Assembly (NCBI RefSeq): GCF_009914755.1
Contig: NC_060938.1
Origin: the human T2T-CHM13v2.0 reference genome, Homo sapiens
Reading direction: 5' to 3' (one strand)
DNA length: 64,000 nt
Of this stretch, positions 30,910 to 49,909 are shown piece by piece (the first letter of the stretch is position 1; each line of letters opens with the position of its first letter). Made by a program: the position numbers and the translations under genes. Below the pieces are notes generated by a model, which ran no database searches, was not told the DNA's origin, and was given only the letters and a program-made list of their open reading frames with translations.

Positions 30910-31332
30910 ATGCAAGGCCGGCGGGAGCTGGGGGGAGAGCCTTTGAGTGACCTCCAGGAGGAAGCAGCCAGCGCTTCCCTCCGAGTGGCACCTGAGAGGC
31001 TGAGTGATGACAGTTTGGAATGGAGACGGACCTGCCCCGACCTTCTCCTGTCCGATGGGAAAGCCAGCATCTCCATGCCCCGTGAGGGCGGTTCCACCTG
31101 CACTGCCCGATGTCCTGACCCTGGGGAACACAGCAGCACTTGGGGGGAGTTTGAAGGCTTTCGGGAATCTTCAGCCAAGTCTGGACAATTCTCACAGTCC
31201 CTTGAACTCCTCGAGGGACCCACAGAACCCCAGCCACCGAGAACCACTTCTGCCCCAAAAGAGTGCAGTTCTCACCAACCATGCCAGGGTGGACCTTGGG
31301 TGACAGGAACTTCTGCCGTCCCACCTTCTGAG
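30910..31332 (+). CDS. CLBA1: CLBA1 (C14orf79) first coding exon, 141 codons
   Basis: AAG ATG C start; [18 protein letters not shown]...WGEFEGF...AVPPSE; GAG|GTATTT donor. Confidence 0.93.
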
Positions 31333-31748
31333 GTATTTCTGCTGTGCTGTGGTCACCATGTTGAGTGGGACGTGTACACACCAAGAGGCCTACAGCCCTC
31401 GAATGCTGTGGCGTGCTGGCCAGGGAGGGGGCTGACAGCCCCAGAGCGTCTGCTTCTCTCCTGGCCTTCGTCCCTGGCCATGTGGTTGGCAGTCCCATCC
31501 TGAGGCCAGGGAAGCAATGAGTTGGCAGAGGAGGCTGCAGAAATGGGTCACACCAAGGCCAGGTGGGGGCCACCTGAGCTGGGTCGCTCTTTCTGACCAT
31601 TCCTCCCCCAGCCTGTCCATTCCCCATTGGTGGGGGCTGCACTGGCCCCAGCTCAGGGCATTTGAGGAGGAGCTTTTTGTCTGAATTCTGAATCTGCTGA
31701 GTTCAAAAGTCTCAGAGATTCTAAAATCACATGATCACATTTCAACTT

Positions 31749-31836
31749 GCTTGTAATGAATTGGGTGACGCGGGATCCAACCTGTCCGGGAGCTTGTAAT
31801 GAATTGGGTGATGCCCATTCCGACCTGTCCGGGAGC
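31749..31836. repeat. 43-bp tandem duplication (2 copies)
   Basis: GCTTGTAATGAATTGGGTGA...ACCTGTCCGGGA twice, with 6 clustered mismatches. Confidence 0.9.
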
Positions 31837-32040
31837 CAGGGTCCCAGCCTTCAGGCCCCTGCCCCCTGCTCTCTTTCAGAGCAGACTGTGGGTGTTTACC
31901 GTTTGGTGACACTTCCGCTCCTTCTCTTTTCCTGTCTTCTTCCTTCCATTGTTCCTCTTTCTCTGCCACTTCTTCCCAAATGGTTCATCCCAAGCACCAT
32001 CATGAGAGATCAGAAATAAAACCAGTGAGGAAGGAAATAA

Positions 32041-32465
<425 letters not shown>

Positions 32466-32810
32466 TAATAGAGTAAGGTCTGCTGTAATGCTTGTTTTGA
32501 ATACAGGATTTGTTTTCCAGCGTGATTGATGTATTAGGGAACAATTAGAGCATAGTTGAAATTTCACAAGAGTAGATAAATGCAGAAAACTGCCCCCAGC
32601 TGAGCTGGGGCCCGTTGGAATACATGAGACTCGCACACGTACACCCTCACACAGCGCTTAGTGCCCCAATGTAGCACACCTGTCAACACCTGGTGTTAGG
32701 ACTTCACCCGGTTCAGACCACCCTCCTCCTACCCCTTCACACTAACTCAGCCTGCGAGCCTTTGTCTTTTCCAAGGTAAAGTGCTGTGCTTACTGTAGTA
32801 TGTATAATTT

Positions 32811-33114
32811 CTTTTTTTTTTTTTTTGAGACGGAGTCTCTCTCTGTCACCCAGGCTGGAGTGCAGTGGCACAATCTCGGCTCACTGCAACTTCTGCCCCC
32901 CACCCGCCGGATTCAAGCGATTCTCCTGCCTCAGCCTCCTAAGTAGCTGGGATTATAGGCGTGTACCACCACACCCAGCTAATTTTTGTATTTTTAGTAG
33001 AGATGGGGGTTTCACCATGTTGGCCAGGCTGGTCTCGAACTCCTGACCTCGTGATCTGCCCACCTGGGGCTCCCAAAGTGCTGGGATTACAGGCGTGAGC
33101 CACCGCGCCCGGCC
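32811..33114 (-). mobile_element. AluS
   Basis: Full antisense dimer; TSD ATGTATAATTTCTT. Confidence 0.9.
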
Positions 33115-33418
33115 GCATGTATAATTTCTTAACCAAACTGGAAAACAGCACTGACATTATTGGGTGGTCATCTTTTTTCATGTGTCACTGATGAAGTTTG
33201 AATGTTTTGCCCTAACCCCACCTTTCCCATGAGTCCTCTGGTTTTGTGTGATTTTGCTAACTTGGTGATTTTTAGGAATGAATATGTCAAGTGATAGTAA
33301 CACTAATGGTATGATCAATTACAAATTTCATTTCTATCACAATTATTTCTTTGGAATAAGGTAACGTTATGTATGTCTTTCTCCTAACTTTGGTATGCTT
33401 TTCTTCTTTTCTTTTCAG

Positions 33419-33564
33419 CCCATTCTCAGCTATGAGAACATTTTAAAGTGTGCTTTTCAAGAAATAACAGTCCAGCAGGCAGCTGAAGACGTTTCCACCA
33501 TAGACCATTTCCTAGAAATAAGCAGTGAAGAAAAACCTGGCGTTGAACGTGTACATAAATTGTG
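33419..33564 (+). CDS. CLBA1: CLBA1 coding exon 2 (146 nt)
   Basis: Long polypyrimidine tract + CAG; [48 protein letters not shown](C); TG|GTAATG donor. Confidence 0.93.
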
Positions 33565-34821
33565 GTAATGAACTGAAGAAATATTTCTTACAGCAACTGC
33601 TTTTGTACTTTTGTTTGATAAAAGTAGGTGTGTGAGGCTTTGTTTTTGCCTTTATGGAGAGTAGCATCTCTCCTGAGGTCCCTGCCATCTGTGGGTCATA
33701 GGGGTCCTATGAGAAGGGGCAGCACGATTGGCGCTCCAGCTGTGGCCTTCCACTCTGAGCCCTATTCATCCTCCTCCCCAGCCAGCTCACCTGGAGCAGC
33801 TGGACCCAAGCCCAGCTCCCCTTGGGTCTCAGTGCCAGTGCTGGTGGAGTGGGTGGGGGCCTCGCATTCAGTGCGAGTGGCTGGTGGGCCTGGGCAGTGG
33901 GCACAGGGGCCTTCTGGGGGACTTGGCTGAGTGGGCACCGGCTGCCTCATGGTTCTCAGCCACAGAGTTCTAGAAAACGTTCCACACTCTGGAGCCCCAT
34001 TGTCAGCCCCAGGCCCAGCCCCAGGGGTGCTCCCGGTGCTGCCTGCAGGGCCACAGGCTCCTAGGGGAAAGTGCACCCGCAGTCACTCGCAGATGGCCAT
34101 TTTCCAGGGACACACTTTCAACTGAGCATTGAAAGACAGACAGCGCTCGAGTGGATTAGGCCGCAGTGGTTGAGAAGCTCGAGGTAAGTTGGCCCAAGGC
34201 CCCAGAGGGAGGAGGGAAGTGAAGGTTGGGGTGAGCTAGCTTCCCTGTCCCTCGGTGTGGTCTGCGGAGTGGGTCTCCCAGCAGCCAGGGGAGAGCCAGG
34301 TCAGCCTGCTGATTTTTGTGTCTCTGAGCAGGCCTGGACTTTCAGAGAGCTCTGCAGACAGGCCATTCTGGGCTCCAGCCCTGGCCCACCGTGTCCTCTG
34401 CTGGGGTCCAACCAGCACCTGCCCCAGGGTACCCTCTACAGGGGCTTGAGGACAGAGGCCTGGAGCCCAGAAGGCCGCAACCAGCATTGCCCAGATGGCC
34501 CGTGTGCCCTCTGTGTGTGGTGCTTCTGCAAAGCATGATCCCTGGGGAAAAACTGTGGAGAATGTGGTCCCAGCAAGCTGACGGTGGGGGTGGGCTCTGT
34601 GCTGGCAGCATTGACATCTCTGTCCCCAGCAGCACAACTCGCGGACCCAGAGGCATGGGGAGTCCTGGGTGTCAGGACTTGGCGGGGCTGGACACTCGTG
34701 GGACAGAAGGCTGGATGGTACTTTGGGGGTGGAGTAGAGCATGGTTTGTGTGTTCTGAAACACTGGGGTATTTTTGGAAATGGTTTGGTGTTTAGCACAT
34801 TTGCTCTTCTTCTGTACTCAT

Positions 34822-35074
34822 CTGGAGTGCAGTGGCACCATCTCAGCTCACTACAGCCTCCGTCTCCTAGGCTTAAGCGATCTTCCTGCCTCAGCCTCCT
34901 GAGTACTGGGACTACAGGCACCCGCCACTACACCCAGCTAATTTTTGTATTTTTTGTAGAGACAGGGTTTTGCTATGTTGCTCAGGCTGGTCTCAAACTC
35001 CTGAGCTCAAGTGATTTGCCCTCCTCAGTCTCCCAAAGTGCTGGGTTTACAGGTGTGAGCTGCCGCACCTGCCC
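34822..35074 (-). mobile_element. Truncated AluJ
   Basis: Antisense dimer lacking its tail. Confidence 0.82.
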
Positions 35075-35455
35075 TTGCACTCATTTTCCCTTCCATACTA
35101 GAACGTGAACTTCCTGCAGGCAGACCTTCTCAGTCCCTCACAGTGCGTAGCAGTGACGTGTGGCACATAGTAGACATTCACCGTTGGTTTGCTCATTTGT
35201 TCTCCTGAGCATGCACTGGTACTCGTAGTTTGGGAGCATCTGTTTTGTACTCAGCACAGTTCTAGGCACTTGAGTGAACAAAACCAGCAAAATATCTGGT
35301 CTCACGGAGCTTCCACTCCTTGGAGGAGACAGTAACGGCAGTAAGTCAGCTACTCCAGGGCAGGTGCTGTGAGGCATAGAGGGGGCACGGGAGGTGGGTT
35401 GGGGTGTTGAAGGATGGCACGTGTTGTTTGAATAAAAGTATAAATGAACAAATAA

Positions 35456-35800
<345 letters not shown>

Positions 35801-35966
35801 GGGAACACTGTTTTTAGAGTTCTTAACAGCCATACGCCTCTTGGCTTGTGCGCGTCTCGGCTTGCGGGTAAAGGCCAGGCGCCCCGCTGCGTGCCTCGGG
35901 CCGTGCCTCGTGATCTCCTCAGAAGGCTCTCAAGGTCACCTTTTAACAAGTGCATCTGTTTTCCAG

Positions 35967-36096
35967 TAACGAATCCAGAAAACTCTGGAGAGCCCTTCAG
36001 AGCATACACACCACGTCTACTTCTCAGCGCCTCTGGAGCGAGTCCCGTTGCCAGGAGAACTTCTTTCTTGTTCTCGGAATAGATGCTGCGCAGAAG
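35967..36096 (+). CDS. CLBA1: CLBA1 coding exon 3 (130 nt), aftiphilin-like clathrin-binding region
   Basis: TTTTCCAG acceptor, phase 2; [43 protein letters not shown]; AAG|GTAGGC donor. Confidence 0.93.
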
Positions 36097-36384
36097 GTAG
36101 GCGGTTTGGGTTGACACAGGGCTCCTGGGAGTGTGGTTGAACTTCACTGTCACCAGTGGCCCTTGGCCGCGCCCAAGGGGTGGGTGCAGGCAGAGGTGTG
36201 GGTTCAGGTGGGTTAAAGCCACTAGGTGGCCCCATAAACGTGTCAGGGCCACTGGATGACTCCCGAATGCTTGAGGCAGGAGCCAGCAAAGCCTAGAGCA
36301 GGAGGTGGGGAAAGGCTCTGGAAGGAACGGGCCTGAGCCTGCAGCAGACAACGCATTCAGAGATGTGCAACAGTGTGTGTGCAC

Positions 36385-36762
36385 TCATGCCACTGCCGCC
36401 GCCACGCACATGCCACCACGCACACGCCGCCACGCACACGCCGCCACACACACGCCTCACACGCCGCCATGCACACACCTCACGCCACCACATGCCGCCA
36501 TGCACACGCCGCCACGCACACGCCACCACGCACACGCCGCCACGCACACCCCGCCACGCACATGCCTCACACACCACCACATGCCGCCATGCACACGCCA
36601 CCACGCACACGCCGCCATGCACACGCCTCACACACCACCACATGCCACCACGCACACACCGCCACGGCCACCACTCACACGCCACCACTCACATGCCGCC
36701 ACGCACACGCCACCAAGCACACACACCACACACGCCACCACATGCGCCACTGCCACGCACAG
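36385..36762. repeat. CpG-rich minisatellite, ~14-bp unit GCCACGCACACGCC, in CLBA1 intron 3
   Basis: Repeated CCA(C/T)GCACACGCC(G/A) units with a higher-order CCTCACACACCACCACATGCC block. Confidence 0.92.
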
Positions 36763-37423
36763 ACTGCCGTGCACGTGCTCAAGCTCCTGGGCTGTCGCAG
36801 AAAACGCCAGTCATAGGGAGGGCCGCCTTTTCAGAGATCTAGATTTCAATGATCTTTCCTCATTCTTAAATATTATGGAAATTTTCAAACATGGAAAACT
36901 CAAAAAGGGCCAGCCAGGCAGGCAGATTGGCCCTGGTGAAGACAGGGGCATGAAAATGGTTGCCCTGTTGGCCCATGGGCCACATTGGGCTGGCCAGGAA
37001 GGAAGTGAAGGGCAGAAAGGAACAGAGAGGCTCCCAGTGAGATTCGCCCTGACTGTGTCATTGTGTGAGGAAAACAGAGAACCAGGAGGCTAGGAAATGG
37101 GGGAGGCCTGAATAGAAGCCTCAGGTGCGGGCCAGCTCCGAGTGGCGGCAGCCTGAAGGGTGTGTCTGAAAGTGGCCGTGAAGACATTATTCCCATTGAG
37201 CAGTTGAGGGGCGCTGAGGTCCTGAAGGGGAGCGAGGCCTGTGAGCCGGGCATGAGGCAGCGAGTGGCAGGGCGACACAGGGGAAACTGGTGCGCTGACC
37301 TTGAGAGGGGCCTGAGAGAACTTTGCAGTTTTAGCATGAAATTAGTAGAGGGGCTCAGGGGAAAAGGAAACAGGAGACAAAATGATGACTGTACCGGCTG
37401 TCTGATGGGGTCTGTCTCCTTAG

Positions 37424-37540
37424 AACCTTTCTGGAGGCCAGGGCCACATCATGGAAGATTGTGACCTCAAAGAGCCTGAAGGACTCCTCACTGTCAGCAG
37501 CTTCTGTCTCCAGCATTGCAAAGCCCTGATCCAGACCAAG
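37424..37540 (+). CDS. CLBA1: CLBA1 coding exon 4 (117 nt)
   Basis: TCTCCTTAG acceptor; [39 protein letters not shown]; AAG|GTGAGT donor. Confidence 0.93.
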
Positions 37541-39073
37541 GTGAGTGGTCACCAAGGAGAGGCCTCAGGGAACCGCGCTGGCGGTGTCCACACATGTGGA
37601 GCCCTCCGCTTTCTCTGATGTGAGTCAGTTGCTTGTTTTCTTCCTTTAAGTCTTGTGGACTTCCAGAAAACAAACATTTGTGCTATTTAGGGCAGACAGG
37701 CAAATTGTGAACACCACTGCAGGGTGCCAAGGAATATAAATACCATCCGGAAAGACTCTCAGGCCAGAGGACCCAGGATATGGGTGGGTCACGCAGGAGA
37801 AGCCAGGGAGAGAAGAGAGCTGCAGGGAAGCTGAGACGCCAGGTGTGGATGACGAGGCTGGAAGGATGAGGCAGGACCAGGCTGTGACTGTTGGGCCAGG
37901 GGATGTTGACTCCGCCTGGGCAGCTGTCGTGAACGGATCTGACTGGCGGCTTCAGTCACGGGCCGCTTACCCTACACAGGGTCTGCCCACAGCTTTTCTC
38001 TCATGAGCCGCGGTTCTTGCCACAGAGTCACTTCATCACATCATCACAGCCGGGCTCAAGGCGGAAGAGGAGATGGGCAGAGAAGGGGACTTCTTCTTGC
38101 AGCTCTCTCTTTTATCAGGGGGAAGAAAAGCTTTTCTGGGCTGGAGTCTGGAGCCCACCCTCAGACCAAGTATTGCAGGAGGGGTGAGATGGCCAGGCCT
38201 AGCTCACCTGGTTTCCTGCTCACCCTGGAGACCCAGGACCTTGGAACAGTCGGGGTTCATTGTGTACACCCAGGAGATGGTGGGAGGGGCGCATGGGCGG
38301 CTGTGAGCATGAAGAGTGACATGCAGGGAGGCGCAGGGGTAAAGTACTGCCCTGTGGCCTGGTAGGAGGTAACAAGGACCTGAGACTGAGCTGGGACAGC
38401 AGGAAGGTTGCATAGCACAGGAGGCAGCCAGGGTCAGCTTCTGGGCAAGAATTAGGCATGAATGTGGCACTGCCCCCAGCTGACATGGGGTGGGTTCCCT
38501 GGATGATCAGCACACAGGTGACAGGCGACAGGTGCCATGGGGCAACAGGAGAGGGCCCTGATCGGCCATCTTCACAGGCTGTCCATCTTTTTGAAAAGCA
38601 CCATAGCACAGGAGGGTTATCCTAGAGCAGCAGCTGTAAAGAAATGTTCGTGGCTGTGTTGTTCACAGCAGCCGGTGAGGGAGACGTCCAGCCGCAGCTG
38701 TTTGGGGGAAGTCTGTGGTGTAGTCCAAGAGTGGCTACTGGAGGGCTGTGAGTGTGCAGGGTAGTGGCAGCCTCCACCAGGGAGTGCCAGACACGTAGCA
38801 CAAGGGCCAGAGACCCCGCCTAAGATGTGGGCCCACTGCTGTCTTCGGGGCTGGCTGCAGGCCAGAGCCACAGACTGCACCATGAGGAAGCCCCAGCATG
38901 TTTTCCCTGGGCGCCTCTCTGGTGACATCCCATGATGAGAAGGTTTCTAAGAGGAGAACCAAGGAGAGAACACTAGGGGGCCGAGAGGCAGGGGGCGGCC
39001 AGGGGCAAACGCCCAAGCTAGCGCTTCTCATTGCCCGGGGTGCGCGCGCCTGACTGCTGTCCTCTCATCTCAG

Positions 39074-39235
39074 CTCTCGGGGCCGCCTGGCAGCAAACAG
39101 GGGAGGCTGATGACATGCAGCCGCTTCCTGAAGACCCCCTCATGCGGAGGTGGCCAGCACATCACTATTCCAAGGAAAAGGATGTTCACTCCACGCAAGC
39201 TCAAATTGACACTCTTTAATAGCGACGTTTGCTAA
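39074..39235 (+). CDS. CLBA1: CLBA1 last coding exon to TAA; the spliced ORF totals 325 aa
   Basis: CATCTCAG acceptor; [53 protein letters not shown]. Confidence 0.92.
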   Translation, partial: LSGPPGSKQGRLMTCSRFLKTPSCGGGQHITIPRKRMFTPRKLKLTLFNSDVC

Positions 39236-39973
39236 AATCAGGAGGACTTTGTACCTTTATGAGGAATTTTTCATTTTCTTCCTGGCTGGGTTGATGTGGA
39301 AACCAGAGCTGTCTGTGGAGCTGTTTTCCAGACCCCAGGCCCATTCCTGGGATCTCTCCAACAGGACCTGTCCTGTGTTCTGGGCTTGTCTCGGGTCTGA
39401 CCAGGAGATGGAGGATGTGTCCTTGGCAGAGCCAAGGGGAGACAGAGGTTTCTGGATGCCATGACAGGCTGTCGGGGTCCAGGTGGCACTCATGGGCCCC
39501 CTGCCCCATGTGAATGCTGCTGGCACCTGGTGGGGGGTTGCCCAGGGATGGACCCTGGGCATGGCTTCTGGGCTGCTTAGTCCAGGGGGAGCAACTTGTG
39601 GCCAAATCCATGAGTTCAGAGGAAAAGGGGAAGGCACTGAAACGTCACCAGAGAGACAGCTGTTGAGACCGCTCAGAAACCCTCTGTCTGTCACACTCTG
39701 CCCTGGCTGCTGTGTGGTCAGGGCACCATGAGGGTGTACAGATGTGCTGTGTCCTCAGAGCCTCGCAGGTGCCCTCACTTACTGCCTGGGCCCCTGCCCA
39801 GCAGCCTCAAGGACAGGCCTTTGTCCCTCACGGTTGTGGACAGGAGGTCGCACCACTGGCCTGCGAGAGCCTCTGGTGGGCCCGTGGCTTCCCCCAGTTA
39901 TCTGCTAAGGAAAACTGTGCTCTTCGAAGGGCAGAGCCAAGAAGTCAGCCCTGACTTTTGTAAAATTTTACTA

Positions 39974-39979
39974 AATAAA
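39974..39979 (+). terminator. CLBA1: CLBA1 polyadenylation signal
   Basis: AATAAA ~740 nt after the stop, with TGTA just upstream and GT-rich sequence downstream. Confidence 0.75.
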
Positions 39980-41439
39980 ACCACCTGGATAAGCCTGTTG
40001 TCACTGGTTCATCAGCTGGGGGGACTGATACCTGAAATCCTGTCCCCAGGGGAGGCCTGAAGTCTTAAGCAAGCAGCCACCCTGGCTGTCTCTTTTCCTG
40101 CCAAGGCCACACAGGGGACCATAGCCTCCATGTCACTGTGGTATCAGTGCGATGTGCACAGTGATGGGCAGGAGTTTCCATCATGAGGGAGGAGGAGGCA
40201 GATGTCCTTGCACAAACCCTGGCCTCGGCCACCCAGCTGCATAGCCAGCACCATGTTGCACGTGGCTCTAGGTCTGTGATGAGGAGAATTCCTTTTTGTT
40301 TGTTTGTTTCTGGGTACCACATGGTTTGGAAAGCTGCCTTTATTTTTCATTTTCAGCCAGGGGAAAGTGGGAATTTAGAGACTGTTTTTCTAACACACAG
40401 CTTCCTTCAAAGGCACTGTCTTTTGGGCCCTGCCAGCAGAGCCCCTCCAGGAGATGCCCTGGTTTCCTAACCTTTAAAAGTTAGACTTTAACAAGCCAAA
40501 ATACTCCATCCTGCTCCTCCCACTCCAAGATTCGGGTTCAGACTGTGCCATGGCATCATGGTGTCACCCATGGTGGCCCTTGCTCCTCACCTGGCTGGAT
40601 GTTGGTGACCCACAGACCTCAGAAGGCCAAGCCTTTCTTCTGACTTCCCTGTGGCCTCACAGGAACCTCAGAAGCAACAGGTTCCAAACCTGACTTCTGT
40701 GGCACCCAGTAGAGAAGAGAGGCCCTGCTGCTCTCGTCCCCAGAGGGGAGTGAGAGGAAGAGGCCCCTCAGAGTCAGGTAAGGAGGGACCAGGCGACGTA
40801 CATGCAAACCACTTGTCCACTAGTGCGGCTGCCAAGCCCCCAGGGTCTGGAGGACCCTGCAACAGGCAAGTCCAAAGCTCCCTGGCCTCCCTCAGGTCCA
40901 CACTGAGTGCTCAGGAAGAAAGTGCCAAAAGCTGGGAGTGGGGGCAGGGAGCTGACGGACACTCCCTCGAGAACGCCCCTCTCACAGATATGCTGGGATT
41001 TTTGTTCCCAAAGTCTGGAGGCCCAGCAGGGGAGCTGGGACAGTGGGCGGGAGGCAAGCCCCCAAAGGCTGAGGAAGAGGCTGCAAGACACCCCGGGCGC
41101 AAGGCGAGGGGCTGGAATGGAGAGCAAAGGAAGCCTCCAGTGGCCAAAAAGGACGGCAGTCCGGCTGAAGAACGGAGAAATCATGCAGCCCCCAAAGCCA
41201 GTGGCTTGGCTGCGACACACAGGCTGATGTCCAGAATCACTGTGCTCAAAGCTCAGACCCCACCGAAGCCATGCCCTGATGCCACCCTCAGGGCGTCTGA
41301 AGGCCTAACTACAGCTGCAGAGAAGTCCAGAGCTAGCTCAACTACCGGGAAGGACAACTCTGTTCCCACTCTGGCAACCTCACAGTGGAAGGCACGTGCC
41401 CCTCTGTGGAACTAAACGTTGTTTGCTTCAGCCTCGATT

Positions 41440-42906
<1,467 letters not shown>

Positions 42907-43059
42907 AATTAAGTAGTAAAAGTTGGTTAACTACTAAAAGGGTCTTGGTTTGGTTTGGCTTGGGTTAGAGACAGGGTCTTACGATGTTGCCGTGCTGGTT
43001 TTGAACTCCTGAGCTCAAGCAGTCTTCCTGCCTTGGCCTCTCTTTTTGTTTTTTGTTTT

Positions 43060-44160
43060 TCAATAAAGACTTACTTAATAGGCCCTGAAGTAGCAGGTGC
43101 GGGAAAGCAGCTTCTCTGGGTTGGCGGTGAGGTACAGTGAGGAATTAAGGCCTGGCCAAGGCCCCCTGCCCTCCCAGGCTGAGACGCAGGCCTTTCACAG
43201 TGAGTGTGGCTATATAGGAACAGGCCTAGGCAAAGGAGCTGAGCTGGAGCTGGTCTGCAGGGACAGCTGGCAGGACAGGTGCCCCCAGGAGCACCCTACT
43301 GGAGTGGCTCAGGAGCAGAGCCAGTGCAAACACGGGGCATGCTGGGGCCCATCGTGCCATGCTGGGCTCCTGTGCCAAATAACACTGATGGAGGACCAGA
43401 CCCAAGAGGGAAGCCCCTCTCCCAGCCAGCTACTGCCGCTTCCCAGCTGTCTGCAGTCAGTGCTGAGTAGAGAGTGGTGCAGAGCCAGCCGTTTCTGCCC
43501 ACCTCGGCCTCAGATGGACACTCTATCCAGGGCCCATGGGTGTGGCAAAGGCCCTTCCTCCCACAGATGCCAGGCTTGCATTGAGGCTGACAGCTTTCCT
43601 CTGCCTGCTCCTGCTTTCTAACCCTTTTGTCCTTCATAAGTATTTCCCCAAATAAACTTCTTGAATGTGTAAATCTGTCCTGGCCTTTGATTCCTAGAGG
43701 CCCTGAAGGAACGTGACCATCACCTGACCTGAGTGACACTGCAAAGCCCTCATTCTTTCTAGTGGACGTGGAGCTCTCTCCAAGCAGATAACTGAGCCGT
43801 CAGCCACATCAGAGGCCAGGGACATGGCCTTCAGAGGCTTTGGCCATCATGCAAAAAACCTGGCCACCCTGAAGCCTCTATGCTGGAGAAATGTCTGCAG
43901 TGATCCCACAGAGATGCTGACAAGATGCCCAAGGACCCAGCTGCTGGAGCTTTCCGGCCAGCATGCCAGCCCTGGGAGGAAGGAAGCCTTCAGGGTGGGG
44001 TGCATCCAGCTGCAGCTGCTGCCTGACAGCAGTGGCCTGACAGATCCCAGCAAGAACCACCCGGCTGAGCCCAGCCAAGCCGTGGCATGAGATCATGGCA
44101 GTAACAGATGGTAGGTGCTGCATGCTGTGAAGCTAGTGATGGCAGCTACACAGCAGGAGG
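43060..44160. mobile_element. Probable ERVL / MaLR LTR remnants (two adjacent)
   Basis: LTR-like end CCCCAAATAAACTTCTTG...CCTAGAGGCCC at ~43645-43705; MLT1-like AAGAACCACCCGGCTGAGCCCAGCCAA at ~44052. Confidence 0.5.
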
Positions 44161-44199
44161 TCATGAGAACAACACATGTCCAGATAACCAGTGGGTCCA

Positions 44200-47150
<2,951 letters not shown>

Positions 47151-47153
47151 TAA

Positions 47154-48330
<1,177 letters not shown>

Positions 48331-48420
48331 AGGACAATTTAGGGAGAAAATCAGACATTTGACTATGAAGCAGGTGTTAGATATTAAAGAATTCTCCCTA
48401 ATTTTCCAGTTACAATATGG

Positions 48421-48866
48421 TGTAAACCAAAAAGCATCTGAGGCAGCTCTCAATCAAGTCAGAGGTTTATTTTGCCAGAGCCCAGGAAAAAGAAACACAA
48501 AACCACAGGAACAGTCTGTGATCTGTGCTTTTTCCAAAGAGAGCAAGATTTGGGGACTTCAATATATACACATATTTTATGAGACAGAGTCTTGCCCGGT
48601 TGCCCAGGCTGGAGTGCAGTGGCACGATCTTGGCTCACTGCAGCCTCTGCCTCCCAGGTTCGTCACGCAATCGTCTCGCTCAGCAAATTGTGCTTTCATA
48701 AGCTACAGCAGACAAGCGCAGCTGCCTGTGGAGGCCTGTGGCCTTCTACCTGCAGCTGTTTGCTCAGAAACAAAAAGGCGGTTTCTTGAATGAGTCAGTT
48801 TCCAGCTTAATTTTTCCCTTTGGCCTAGTGAATTTGGGGGCCCTGAAATTGTATTTTTCTTTCACA
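48421..48866 (-). mobile_element. MER4-family ERV1 solo LTR containing a short antisense Alu fragment (~48575-48661)
   Basis: TGTAAACCAAAAAG...TTTCACA termini (TG...CA) flanked by a 4-bp TSD ATGG. Confidence 0.78.
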
Positions 48867-48901
48867 ATGGTATTGTGGTTGTGTAAGAAAATGTCTTTTT
48901 T

Positions 48902-49909
<1,008 letters not shown>

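Noticed and set aside
31749-31836. Repeat-spacer-repeat appearance suggestive of a CRISPR-like array
   Set aside because: Only two units, in human DNA; a simple tandem duplication.
36293-37093. His/Thr/Pro-rich and Cys/Val-rich ORFs
   Set aside because: Products of the intronic minisatellite.
40651-41415. 254-aa plus-strand ORF downstream of the CLBA1 polyA site
   Set aside because: GTG start, no homology recognised, adjoins a degenerate L1 5'/ORF1 remnant.
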